Position numbers and translations under genes: made by a program
DNA from: Octopus vulgaris
Taxonomy: Eukaryota
Assembly: GCA_951406725.2 (NCBI GenBank)
Contig: OX597814.1
Coordinates: forward strand, 158,472,001 to 158,536,000
Reading direction: 5' to 3'
Length of the DNA stretch: 64,000 bases
Shown here: in pieces, positions 23,820 to 37,199 of the stretch
Numbering within the stretch: the first letter of the stretch is position 1
Layout: each line of letters begins with the position of its first letter
The notes under the pieces: model-generated
Seen by the model: only the letters and a program-made list of their open reading frames with translations
What the model was told of the DNA's origin: nothing
Database searches by the model: none

Positions 23820-26712
23820 CACACGCACACATGCGGTGTGTATGTAAATGTGTTTGTATTTAAGTAAAGTTTTATGCTTACCAGACTATTGTTATAATGC
23901 CATTTTTTAAAATTTCTGTTAATCTCATTTTATTGTATCATTTCTCCGACATTCTCAATATGGTTTTGTTTTTATGTGTTTTGCTTTCCACAGCTTTCCT
24001 CTGAAAACCAGTATAAGATTTTACTGCTTACAAAACACCATTATTTTTCTGTCCATCCACTTTTCAATTACAATGAGGACAAACAAATATTACACAAAGT
24101 CACATAGAAACAAGGTGACATATGAGCCAGAAAGAAAATGAAAAAATATTCTTCACAAGGCAGAAACCTTATGAGAATTTAAGACACCGTTGAAAAACAG
24201 GAATGGAAGTTTCTTTACAAATAATCGTAAATATGTGATGTAGAATATTTTTTTTAATTGAGGATTAAGAGAAATAGACAGATTTAAAGAATTTTGAAGG
24301 GTTATTCAGATTTGGTTAAATGAGACACGCTCGCAAGACACTGATTTCTTGCAGTTGCTAAGTGATAAACAAGTGGAAAACAAGCAGATTCGTACAAAAT
24401 CAAGCAAAATGAGATTTGTGTATTAAAAAAACTGACAATGAGAAATGCAAATCAAAAACGAGTATGAACGATATTTTCAAATTGCACTTTATAATATAAA
24501 TTTGACAAAATTGTTTGTTAGAAAGAAAAAAAGAAAGAAAGAAAGAAAAAAAGAAAGAAAGAAAGAAAGAAAGAAGGAAAGAAAGAAGGAAAGAAAGAAA
24601 GAAAGACAGAAAGAAAGAAAAAGAAAGAAAAAGAAACAAACAAACAAACAAACAAACTGAGAAACTGCTTGCTTGCTGTCATGCCTAACAGCGTCCACTC
24701 ATTTTCAACGCAACGCACATCACATATCCCACCATCTCTGTTAATCTTTCTTGGTGATTTTACATTACTATAATATAGTTAGAAATACCTTCCAAAGTTT
24801 GACCGCCTGAAGCACTTGTCCGTATGTATTTTCTATCCATAAAATGCTTAACCTTTGATCAATTGCTGAACCATTACAAAAGTTCCTATCAGCTACACGA
24901 TGGAGTAATTCTGACAGCTACGGTAACAGGCTGCTACATACAACCAGAAGACCATCAAAATGACTGGAAATCACACAGCGATCTCCAGTCCATATACGCG
25001 CTTTCATTTTCTAAGGTTATCGTATCGCTACTACAACACTTACCTCTTCACTGTACCCTATCTCCATCTAAACTCACTTGTTCCTTCTTTTGTTATCTCT
25101 GAGCCTAATGTTAACCTCTATGTTCAATCTATCTTCCCCAAAATATCGACTCTCTAGAATTTACTCTTCACCGATATATTTCTTGTCGCTACAGAGAGAA
25201 CAAATTTGTGTTTCCTCAGTTAAGTTATATTCGTCTCTTCAATCTTAGAAAGACTACCGTCATGGCGGTGGCTTTCTCTGGTGAGAATACTATTTAAAAA
25301 TAACCTGCTTTGGTACAATGCAATATGTTAGATGGTGACTGTGTCCACATGTATCAATAAAAACTATAGAAGGATAATTACATCTAAGAGCCCAAATTTA
25401 GAGACCATAAGTTTTACAGTTATAATATCCAGTCAGTTATTAACTATGAATATTATAATGTATTGTCAGTATTATAATATATCGTAAACATCCTTATTTT
25501 CATCTTAAGATATTAATTATAATCCTTTTATTATTTGTTTGTAACGTTTTTAACGATATATTGATATTACAGTTGACAAAAAATTTCTTCTCTAAACCAT
25601 TCTGTAAATCGTAAAAGAATCCTGCTTTAGTGAGAGTTTAAAATAGAACCAAAATGTCACAGAAATTTCCGGTTTGAATCTTACAAAATGTATCAATTGT
25701 AGAGCACATTAGCACATTTTTTCCGCAGGCAGTAATTTTGTATAAACTTTGATTCGAGAATTGCTTAATTTTCACTGGCTGGATTTTCACAGGCCTGCAA
25801 TTTATTAAAAAAACGTTTATGTAACAATGACAAAGAAATATTAATATTTATGTTAAAAGTTTTCAAAATAGTGGCTGAAGCCAAATTGTGGTCAACTAAT
25901 TTAAATCCCACTCTGTTTTTGATGTATTTTAACAAAAGTTGAGCGCAGATCGAGCAGATCATGATATTTCTGTTGTAGCTATCCTGTCGTTTTCGTACAG
26001 GAAACATAGGAACATATTATGTATTTTGTTCGTTTCCAAGACGATAAGGGTGTAATTTGAGAGGATTTAGCACTTATTTCTAGTACGTCGGAAGAGCATA
26101 TAGGACCTTGTTAGCAAGGATTTGTTTAGTGTTCACGATGGGTCTATTGGTTAATACATAAAACAAATGGTAATAAATTAACTTCATAAGAGAAAAAAAA
26201 ACCGGTTGTATGCTCAGTCTGGATAAAATTAGGCTAAATTAAATCCTATTTGAACGAGGTAATTAGTTGTTATTTATAATAATTAATGAAGTTTATACAA
26301 GTTATCGATTAAATTATTCTCTTTAAAGATTATATTCTGAATCATTTTATGAAAGCCGGATTAGCTATTCCAAGTGTCCCTCACGACTTAAGTCAACACG
26401 CACGAAAGAAATTCTACCCCACATTATATTTTCTATCATATTTGTGTGGGAATTTGATACTCCAGTAATAGTAAATTAGGAATAGTGGCATTCGTACCTT
26501 TTATATCCTATTTTTAATCGAATTAAACAAGAAGGAATATCGGCTGTGTAGTTAAGAATCCTGCTTTGCAGCCTTAAAGTTTTGGAGCGGTGCCATGCAT
26601 GACGTCGTCTTCTACCACTGCCTTTTGTTGACCGGTAGCTTCCCACTGAATTTACTGGAGGTAAACAGTGCGGGGCACGTCTTATACATATTTGCGTATG
26701 TGTGCGTGTATA

Positions 26713-26768
<56 letters not shown>

Positions 26769-27099
26769 TGTGTGTGTATTTGTGCGTGCGAGGGTGTGTG
26801 TGTTGTCTATATGAAAGAAGAAAGTTCTGGTAAAAATAAAACATTTTCTTGGAGCTTACCAATTATCAATTAAACGTTATAGACAATGTGGTGAAACAAA
26901 GCGATATCCTTGTCCTATTCTTTTTGACTATACTTTGCTGCAGTTCTTATGCTTTTCAAGATTTCGATTTTGATTTCTAAATGTTTAAAAGAATGAGCAA
27001 GATATATGATAAGAAGAGACTCAACTGTACCTCTAAAAACATTCAAAACATGGATTTGAGAATTAATGCAGAAGCTACTGATTTTGTAATTGAAACGGA

Positions 27100-27540
27100 A
27101 CACTGCACGAAGCTTATAATAAACTGATTCTCATCTGCATTTGTTGCATTTCGCTAGATAATATCCTTGAAGAAAACAAAAGTAATGTTCACAGAAGTTA
27201 CGGGCATACTTTTATATATTGGGAGTACCTTTGAAATAAATGGATCTGTAGACGATGAAATCCTCTCACGAATTCATATGTATGTATGGTTTTGACAAGA
27301 AAGTGTGGCGAAATTGCCGTGCCACAATTCAAACTGATTAGAGCGTCTATAAGTATGTCCTCTGATTGTCCGAGATACTCAACACTTCCAGGTTCCTCAG
27401 AGATTTCGCCGAAATATCTGAAGTGTATATCTAATATATCAGACACCGAGGTTTTCCCAACAACTATCTGTACCAAAATCAAATCAAAGATATTCGCTAA
27501 TTTTCTGTTCAGTTTCGTTTTCATCACTCCAGAGTTATAA
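27100..27540 (-). mobile_element. Possible hAT transposase C-terminal remnant
   Basis: ORF 27198-27527 followed in another frame by KSMPVTSV, similar to the hAT dimerisation motif (P-x-T-S); degenerate. Confidence 0.35.
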
Positions 27541-27879
27541 AATAAATACTAATAGTTTAATAGGGACAAATAATTATAAATATGTCCTGCAGCAATGTTA
27601 CACGTATGTAATGAACAATCATTTGACCGAGAGGTTAAGGTATTTGTTTCACAATAAAGAGGTTTCGAATTTGATACCAAAGCACGACTCATGAGGCAAG
27701 TGTCTATTTTGTCAGCCATGGGTTGACCAATACATTGTGAGTGGAATTTAACTGAGGGAAACTGTGTGAAAGTCCATCTTACCCGGTTGTGTAAAGTGTT
27801 TTCGTATTTCAATCTTTGATTAATACCTCAAGGAAAATACATACAAAAAGTCGTTATACATCGAAATATATCCCATCAT

Positions 27880-28885
27880 ATTCTATTTTCTATTCCCATC
27901 ATTGCGTCAGAAGCTCGATTTCACGCTTATACCAATTGGCTGGTTTAGAGGCAAAAAGTTCTGCGCATCCGTTTTCAAACTCGCCCACATTGTTGAATCA
28001 CTGCCCATGCAGGGAATGAGCCACAATGTGGAATGAGTGATAATTTTTGGTGGTGCAAGGTCTGGATTGTAGGCATAGTGAGCCAGCACTGCCAGCCCTT
28101 CAAGTTCCACAAGTTTGTGGTCGGTCACATTTGCAGTACGTTCTGAGATATTGTTATCTTTCAGTGCGCATCTTTGATTGACCAATGCCGGTCAGCAGGC
28201 TTTCAAAGCACCATACAATTGTTGAGCATAAAGGTTAGCATGATCATCTGGTCAAAGCATGATCAAAGTGCAACACCCGCTCGAAATTCCACCATATATA
28301 CATGACCTTTTGCTCAAACCGCCTTTGTTTGACAACAGGTCCTGAACCCTGACTGAAATGAAGCCACTGATTTCTCATCTTAGGGTTACGAAAATAGATC
28401 CATTTTTCATCTCCAACTATATTTTGAAGCCCAAAATTTGCACCATGAGGATTTTCCATCAGTTTTTACCAAATTTTTGCATGTCATTGAGCCTGGTCAT
28501 TGACCAGTTCATGAGAAGCTTTTTGATAGCGTCCTTTTACAAGGCTGAGATTATGGAGGTATCAGTCGAAGGCACTATGTGTAGGACCAAGTTTCGCTGA
28601 CAATGTACAAGTGCCTATGTTTGGCTGTTGTTCAGACATTTCAAGCAAGGCTTCACCTTCTACAGGAGAGGGTATCTTTGACCTTGGTCTGTCTTTTAGT
28701 CGGGTGTCGCCTTCATTGAAACGTCTCAGTCACTTGTGTTCCAATTATTTGTTGATAATTCTTAGCCTTCCTCATCATTAATATCTTTTACCGATGCCCT
28801 TGCACGCTAACCTTTACTCCGTGTGTGTGTTTGTTACATGAGGCAAGTATCCATGAACAAAATTCTACCCTCGCATCATTTTTCA
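27880..28885 (-). mobile_element. Degenerate mariner element
   Basis: IVGDEKWIYFRNPKMRNQW, KVMYIWWNFE and HYAYNPDLAP on the minus strand. Confidence 0.85.
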
Positions 28886-28949
28886 CCCATATTTACAACA
28901 TATAAAATGCTTAAACAGGCCTTGTGTCTGTATTCTAAGCGACAGTTTC

Positions 28950-29250
28950 TATTTAGGAAGACTTCGTTGTGTTGCCAAACGTCGTTTTAATATATAAACA
29001 AGGGTATTTCCACTCACGTTGCCCAAAGTGAATTTTGCAAGAGATGATCCGCGTAGGTCTGTAAGGCATCATCATCACTGGAAGATCTTGGCCAAGTGTA
29101 AATCTTACATCAACGGCAGTGGAAAGTACGGCCATTGCGATATGGAAAGATGGCTCATCTGGAAAAGTTCTTTAGACCCAGCTACATGTCTAAATTCAAG
29201 AACTGAACTTTCATGTCCATATGTGACAAAATACTTGTTACGTTTTTGGG
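28950..29250 (+). mobile_element. Penelope-like element, GIY-YIG endonuclease C-terminal remnant
   Basis: WKILAKCKSYINGSGKYGHCDMERWLI...CLNSRTELSCPYVTKYLL matches the PLE C-terminal pattern W.I....Y......C.LC..E...I......LN.R.E....C.H..K.LL. Confidence 0.75.
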
Positions 29251-30036
29251 CCACCCAAGATCACAGATAGGACCTGCTTTTTATATTGTGTCCAAGTACA
29301 GGCCTTTCATGTGGCTTATCATTTCTTATATATTTTATATTTTTATATGTATTTGTATGTATAAGCATATATCAGATGTGTATGTGCGCATGTGTATATG
29401 TGTACGAATGTATGTATATATACGAGTGTAAGACTATGCACATACTCTTGTATAGGTGTAGGTGTGTTGATAGACAGAAGGGTGTACTTGTGTATATATA
29501 TGCACCTCTATACATACATAATTCATATGTATATTCATGTTTGCGGAGAATGTGAATATGTATACGTTTTATGTTTTGCGCATGTTTTCATTTGTATAAA
29601 TGTCCATATATCTACGCGCGGATGATGTTGATTATGTATTTATACATATGGTTTGTGTATATTTGTCAACCCACGAGTATGTATGTGTGTGTACATATGT
29701 ATATTCATACATGCCGCGTGTGTGAATATATGCCTGCTTCGAACTTTAATACATGTATATTGTTTACGGTTTTATATGAGTACTTTTATTTAGATAAGTT
29801 CTAAGATAAATATAAATTTTTTCTATACGAACATGAAGTTATATATACATATATAAGTATGTGTGTATGTATTTTCATATTCATATGTATATATTTTTTT
29901 TATGCATGTATATGTATATGCATATCTGTGTATGCGTATAGATATGTGTATATGAGCATAACACTGCATGCATGGGCACATATACGTGTGCATGCGCATA
30001 TGTGCGTGTATGCGTGTGTATGTGTATGCACGTAAA

Positions 30037-30091
<55 letters not shown>

Positions 30092-30114
30092 ATATGTATG
30101 TGTATGTGAGTCTG

Positions 30115-30145
<31 letters not shown>

Positions 30146-30390
30146 TCGGGGTGAGTACTTGATAATTATAAGCACCTGTGTATACCGTTTGGAGGTGTAG
30201 GTGGTGTAATACACACATGTGTGTGTATGTGTGTACGTGTATGTATATATACATGTGTACGTATGTAGATTTTATGAACGAGGATTTTTATCTTTACGTG
30301 GTTGTATTTTTATAATGTCTTATATCTTTTACTTATATTTATTTTTCCACTCCTATTAGAGTAACTTCTCTTTATTCAACGTTTTTGTCT

Positions 30391-30446
30391 TAATAACTGA
30401 TGAGGAAGTCTTTTATCCCCGGCATCTGAAACTCTGAGTATTATTA
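30391..30446 (+). ncRNA. Minimal hammerhead ribozyme (intact core)
   Basis: taataa-CTGATGA-ggaagtc ttttatcccc ggcatct-GAAA-CTC T GAG-TA-ttatta; 6-bp stem I, stem II and stem III all pair. Confidence 0.85.
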
Positions 30447-30660
30447 TGAAAACTAACTGATTGTCCTATATTATTTATATAGAGTAGTGATACAGCAAAG
30501 CTCCAATGTTTACTGGAAATAGCAGTCGATACATTTACGACGCTATAGTAAAGCTTTAATGTGTGTATACCGGTGAAGACTTGAGGACAGCAAGCATAAA
30601 CAAATGTTGTCTTATCTCTAGGAAGAACATTATGTAAATTGACAACTCAGAATCGGATAA

Positions 30661-30740
30661 TCCAGAACCTAGATTTCGGGCTCTTCAAATAAGTTTGTCA
30701 TCATAAATTGATTAGTCTTCATCAGGTGGATTTACCTGGA
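30661..30740 (-). ncRNA. Degenerate hammerhead motif
   Basis: Minus strand tccac-CTGATGA-(long imperfect stem II)-GAAA-tctagg-TT-ctgga. Confidence 0.5.
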
Positions 30741-30786
30741 CAATATTTCAAATATTTACTGCGCATTTTGAAAGCGAGGCTGCATT

Positions 30787-30859
<73 letters not shown>

Positions 30860-30877
30860 ATATATACATATATATAC

Positions 30878-30934
<57 letters not shown>

Positions 30935-31008
30935 GGAGTAAACACATAAATGTGAAACAAGGTGGAAAAAAGAGTACTCAAATACCAGTGGTAGAGTAAT
31001 ATGCTTTA

Positions 31009-31059
31009 TTTTAAGCAGCAGAAAATTCAACAAAATTTTGTTGAATTTTCTGCTGCTTA

Positions 31060-31062
<3 letters not shown>
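31009..31062. repeat. Perfect 54-bp spacerless palindrome
   Basis: ttttaagcagcagaaaattcaacaaaa|ttttgttgaattttctgctgcttaaaa. Confidence 0.95.
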
Positions 31063-31129
<67 letters not shown>

Positions 31130-31183
31130 CAGTGGTCTAGCATATTTAAATATCTGAAGTTTCAGAAAAAATTATATTGCATA

Positions 31184-31622
31184 CATATAAAAGGGATGAC
31201 CTGTAGGTGGACATCCATTATACTAGAAGATCCGCTATGGACTTACCACTAAGAAAGAAATGTTCTCAAGAAAATTTAGCTAACGTAAGAACGTAAGCGA
31301 GCAAGAGAAATGAAAAAAATACAAAATATAGATTAATCACAAATCAGGTTTCGTTGTTAATGCTTACGTAATCATTTACGTAATTATCCACATATATTTG
31401 CAGAGGCGATCACACTGACGAGTTGCGGATAATTACGTAAATGATTACGTAAGCATTAACAACGATATCTGGTTTGTGATTAATCTATATTTTGTATCTT
31501 TTCCTTTGCCTTGCTCGCGTTTGCTAAATTTTTTTGCGAACATTCCCTTCTTAGTGGTAAGACCATAGCGGATCTTCTTCTAGCATAATGGATATTTATT
31601 AACAGGTCTTCCCTTTTATATA
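31184..31622. repeat. Fold-back element (~200-bp arms, ~35-bp loop) between (TA)n tracts
   Basis: 31184-31390 is the reverse complement of 31425-31622 (e.g. ttaatgcttacgtaatcatttacgtaattatcc / ggataattacgtaaatgattacgtaagcattaa). Confidence 0.92.
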
Positions 31623-31630
31623 TATGTATG

Positions 31631-31668
<38 letters not shown>

Positions 31669-31675
31669 TGATTGT

Positions 31676-32079
31676 CTCTTTACCCTTTTACTTGTTTCAG
31701 TCATTTGACTGCGACCATACTAGAGCACCGCCTTTAGTCGAGCAAATCGACCCAGGACTTATTCTTTGTAAGCCTAGTATTTATTCTATCGGTCTCTTTT
31801 GCCGAACCGCTAAGTTATGGGGACGTAAACACACCAGCATCGGTTGTCAAGCGATGTTGGGGGACAAACACAGACACACAAACATACACACACACACACA
31901 TATACACATATGCATATATACGACTCTCTTCTTTCAGTTTCCGTCTACCATATCCACTCACAAGACTTTGGTTGGCCCGAGGCTATAGTAGAAGACACTT
32001 GCCCAAGGTGCCACGCAATGGGACTGAACCCGGAATTATGTGGTTGGTAAGCAAGCTACTTAACAAAAAGCCACTCCTG
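31676..32079 (-). mobile_element. Major tRNA-derived SINE
   Basis: Reverse complement of the 44309-44701 family over its full length. Confidence 0.9.
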
Positions 32080-33300
32080 TATATAAGTTCTTTACAACGA
32101 CCCGAAGAAACCAACTGAAGATAAAATGTAAATCATTCTTACATATATTTGACTGACTAGTGCGCCTGGAATTCACTGTTTCATTAGTTTATACATGTGT
32201 TGTAATTCATATCCGAAGGACAATATTTTCACAATTGAAGAAAGTTCTCCAAGCAAAAAGGAAATAGGCCATATTCTTTGGGAGCCAACTACGTTTCACT
32301 TGATAGGCTGTCTAAAATTTTAGCTTTTACTTTTTTTGTTGAATTTCTTAGCACTACTGGTTATGGAAGTGGATTTGTCAAGTTTGCTGTTCAAACCCTC
32401 GGGGAGAAAATTTTTATTGAAGATTCCAAGATTGTATTGACATTTTTTATATAAATTCAAGATATCACTTAGGATTTTTACTGCGTATTTTGAAAGCGAG
32501 GCTGCATTTATCACGTTCCCGGACCTACATAATTATATACATTTGTAATATCTGACTAGCATTTTCTTCATTATTTACGTTCGTAGAGTTAAGTTTGTCG
32601 TTATATATAATGGAATTTTTTAGGTTTTGCGTATGTAATATTTGACTAACGTTTTCCCATTATTTATTGTTGGAGAGGTGAGTTTATCGTTATATATAAC
32701 GGAGTCTTGTCAGGTTTTCCGCCGGGGATAGTTTTCCAAAATTTTATATACCAGATACAGATAATCCCAAATATTCTATGCATAACTATCAACTTGACTT
32801 GCACACATCAACAATTCTATGAATTTTAAATATCCGTACACCTATACATACACACACAAACAAAAACATCAGAAATACTTCATCACATTGAAATAGCCAG
32901 TCCAAAATCAGTTATGTCACACTGTTTAACAATAGAAACAATTTAAATTAGTTTCTCCTTTAACTCACTTACTAATGAACATTCTTTACAAACAAAACAC
33001 ATTAAACTATTAATAATAGAACAGCTTTAACTAGATTAATAAATCCAGATTTAAAAAAGATAAAAGATAGCCAATGAAAAAAACAGTAAAGTAACAATAA
33101 ATTAGTAACAACGAAGTGCAAATCAATGAGCAAATGTATGTATGTATGTATGTATGTATGTATGTATGTATGTATGTATGTATGTATGTATGTATGTATG
33201 TATGTTCATGAATATACACTCACGTCGAATTGTGTTGAGCAAATGAGAACGATGCATTCAAAACAGTAGAGTATATAGTTTATTGATTCTGTATTTTAAA

Positions 33301-33345
33301 TTCTCACGACTCGAGTTTCACGACTTTTCAGTCTTCAGGCGAGAA
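33301..33345 (-). ncRNA. Minimal hammerhead motif (stem II shortened)
   Basis: Minus strand ttctcgc-CTGAAGA-ctgaaaagtcgt-GAAA-CTCGAG-TC-gtgagaa; 7-bp stem I, palindromic ACTCGAGT, GUC site. Confidence 0.7.
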
Positions 33346-33999
33346 CTCGGAATTTGTGGTATGTTTATATTCACTAGTGCGAGTGTAGTTTCATGCGTGT
33401 GCTTGTCATTACGTTTTCTAAATTTTCTTGAGAACATTTCTTTCTTAGTGGTAAGTTCATAGCGGATCTTCTAGTATAATGGATGTCCACCTACAGGTCA
33501 TCCCTTTCACATTGGCTAAGTTTCTTGTTTTTCTCTTTTGTCATAGCTTATGTCTTTTTGTAAGTATGGGTTTCTTAAGCTAGTTAAGGCTGTCATCCTA
33601 TTCATTATTTATTGTATTTTGTTTGCAAAGAATGTTTGTTTTATGAACGAGTTTAAACGTGAAAGTGATTAAACGCGGTTCTATTGTAAAACGGTGTTTT
33701 TTTATGGCTGAAGGATTTGGCGATGAATGCATATATTCAGCTGAAACTTTATGCAGCTAATTGTGCTTTTATAATTCCTCCATCGTTCAGTTGGCACGTT
33801 CTAATAGTAAATCTAAAACATTCTAAACTTCGGCGCTAGATCTTATTGTTTCATTAGCTAACACCGTTGACATGAGTGACATGAAAAAAAACGTGTGGAA
33901 GTTAGTGAAATTCGTTTCGAATATAATGACGTGGAAAATTTCAGTGTAGCAACTATACTTAATGATAAATATTATATTTGCAAAGAACTTGCAGATGCT

Positions 34000-35310
34000 A
34001 TTGCTACCAGTTAAAAGCTCCGCATACTGGATGCTAGCAAGATTATAGGGTCACCAGGAGAGAATGCGCGCCGTTTCGCGGCATAAGCCCCGCTCGCTAG
34101 ATCAACTGTTTATCAGGTTTCGCTCAATATTCTTCTAGCCATTGCCCATCCTTTCTTTTTAACCAAATCCAACAGTTTACCTTTTTCACTGTAGTTTGTA
34201 TATCACCCGCGGTGTTATTTGCTTTACGATGAATTAGGCCTAACGATAACAACATACGTCTCAAATTCTGTCCAACGAATCCTCTACTTCGATTTAAAAA
34301 ATGCTCCGCTTTCCAGCGTAAGTCTCCACATTCCTCTAGGAGGTTTTTATAACGGTCGGTCTTTCGAGCCCGAGCGGCATCCGTGTTTTCTTCATGAGGA
34401 ACCGTTGATACGACTAGATTTACTACTTTCTTTTACACCACATGATGTAATTCAGTTTCTTCGTAACTGGAATGAGAAAGAATCCTCGGCACCCTTGTAA
34501 ATTTGCAGCCACCTTCCAATAGCTGTTCCACTTTTCATCGCTCACAGGAGAGTTTCTTCTTCTTCAAAAGGAGATGCTGTCCTGAACTCACGAATATAAT
34601 GTAATCTCTGGTTGGTTCCGTCAGTGGTTTTTTGTCACTGTTCATGGGAGCAATTTGGTTCTTTATAGCATTGACCAGATTTTGCTTCCATGTATATCTA
34701 TTTAATGTCAGTTAACAGTTGGAAAGAAAATGTTTCCCTGTTTCAACTTTTCTGCATCTGCATTTATCGTTTTGTTACTAGGTTTGTAAGCGATGGTAAC
34801 ATGTCATAGGATGAACAAATCAGAAAACCTAGACGTGATGTTGTTCACGTCCATATTTTATTCCAAACTATTTTTCTCCCAACAATGTGTTGCTCCCACT
34901 TCGTCATCTGTCCTTGTTAAGAGTATTGAATCAAATGAAGCTCTCTTCTCACTGCTTCCCTTACTTTGACGCTGTTGCTAACAACAGATCTATATTCGCT
35001 CCGCATCATGCTTGAAAACAGCCCCTTCTAATGAATTTGCGTTGCACCCACCATATCTCGGTATGTAAGTGAAGACAGGATGTTATCAGTCTCTGCTTCT
35101 GCTTTCCACTTCCTAGCTATTTTTACATTAGGTGGATTACGCCTGATTTCTTTATCTTTCGACTTTCTCAGCATCAGCACCGTTCATACGTTTCCTACTT
35201 TATAAATTTTAACTATTGACGCTGAGCCGTTCAATATCCGCGGCACGCCTAGCCAGTTTCTAATGAACACATTACACTTTTGCTCAATGATTTGAACTTG
35301 TGACAGTCCC
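34000..35310 (-). mobile_element. HERO-clade non-LTR retrotransposon, 5'-truncated and degenerate
   Basis: Minus-strand frames give RNWLGVPR...LMLRKSKD...ARKWKAE, QGQMTKWE...RKIVWNKIW...LGFLICSSYDMLPS, LSNC..LNRYTW and TVPHEENTDAARARKTDRY..L.EC...IEV..RGF, all HERO-type motifs. Confidence 0.85.
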
Positions 35311-35639
35311 ACCTCGTTTCATTAGCTAACATCTTTGGCATGAATTGTGTGCAGATATACATACAGAAGTTACTGCAAATCGTTTCAGTGTAGCGACTGT
35401 GCTTAATGATAAATATTATATATTAACAGACGTCAAATAAATTTAACGATAAACTTAAGTACTTGAGATTTACGTCAGACTGACTGTATTAAACCTAAAT
35501 TACCTAACCAATCATGCTTTACCTGGAAGTCAAACAAGATTCTTGCGAGCTAAAAATCAGCTTAAATATTTTAATATGCAAACAGTGATAAGAGAAAGAC
35601 AATTATTTTGGTATATAAATGTAGGAAGGTAATAATGGT

Positions 35640-35785
35640 TTCAAATTTTGGCAAACGGCCAGCATTTCAGTGGAGGAGTAAGTCGGTTGCATCGAACCCA
35701 GTGTTCACTTGGTACTTTATCAAGCCGAAAAGACGAAAGGTAAATTCGACCTCGGCATTCCAACGATTCTGCTAGCTCCCCCTTA
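35640..35785 (-). mobile_element. SINE fragment (Nin/Deu-like family)
   Basis: Similar to the 19790-20002 and 47165-47360 copies. Confidence 0.65.
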
Positions 35786-37199
35786 TAGGAATGTAATAAT
35801 GATAAGAAACAATAATATTACACCAGCATAATCTAAACAGAAATAAGTCAAGTCTACGAAAGAGCGAACCTATTTGAGGCCACTCGACTCTCTAGAAACT
35901 GCAACCATATTTCCATCATGTTAAAGGAGATCACATTGGAAAATACGAAAACAGATCTAGCGAGACCGGATGATCATGGTTGGAACGATTTTAATCAAAG
36001 AATGATCAAGATCTAAATAACATAAACAACGCAAATATATATCTATATCTATATGTGTATATATGTGTCAAAGATGACAAAGATACAGCATTTTGGTTTT
36101 AAAATATTTGTTCTAATCCACCTTTCAATTCTCCTCGAGAGAATGGCATTAAGTGAAAGCTATTTAATAATGGACAGTACGTAATTTGGATATTAAATAA
36201 TGTATATACACAAAGTATATTATATGAATCGAATACACCTCGACTACAGAACAATTTAACGGAAACTTTATAAAATGTTTCTCAAACATAACTTAATATG
36301 CATTACGTTGAAATCATCGAACGAAAACATCGAACACGAAAATTAGAAATACTCCCAATAACAGCAAATCACAAGCTTGGAAGCCATAAAATAAATTTCA
36401 AATCAAGAATTTTATACCTAAATTCAAATATAAATACGTAAAATTTATTTCTATGATTATTACGATGAATAGTCAACTTCAACAGTTTCTCGATAGCTGA
36501 CTTGTTTTTTACAAAATCCAACCCGTAAAAAAATATTTACAAGATCGCTTGTCATGCCAAATATAAAAACCAAGTATCTATCAAATAACATGCTATCATC
36601 ATAAAGGTAAGGGTACATATGATAATGTAGACCAAGATACATAGTGCCTGAAAACAAACGATTGAACGTTTGTAGCTTGACTACCTTTGAGCATAGATGT
36701 ACTTGCATGTGACTCATGTGGATCTAAGTAGCTGCAGCATATACAACAATGAGCAATTTCAAAGTTATATTAAGTACCGAAAATCAAAACTAAATAGAAG
36801 GGTATTTATTTTCCACGCGTCTTGAAAAGAACAGATAAAATATTTGTCACGAATGCTAAATATATTGCAAAATATGAAACCAGCATTGTTATCTTAGTAA
36901 GAACCTAACATTAGCAGCCACACCAACAGTTTTCTGAAGTCCTGTAGTACACCTCATGTTTCCATAAAATTTTCAACTCGATAGTAACGAATGAAAATGG
37001 GGGGAAAATGTGATTTGATGAGTCTCTCCTGCACTAAAAACTGTTTCTAAAATTATTTTATCCAGAAACTAAAGCTTTCCGTTCTAATTAGGCTTATGAC
37101 ATGAATTCAAAACCGGATTTTGAACTTTTTTATTCTTTTCTTTGATAGTTCTAACTCGAGAGCTACGGCCATGCTGGAGCACTGCCGTTAGCATTGCTA

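Noticed and set aside
24780-25200. Host exon
   Set aside because: The RLSYRYYN motif and broken frames fit an old Jockey-group LINE 3' remnant better; too weak to list as a feature
33846-35424. LTR retrotransposon (direct repeats as LTRs)
   Set aside because: The interior encodes HERO non-LTR motifs; the repeats lack TG...CA ends and a primer-binding site
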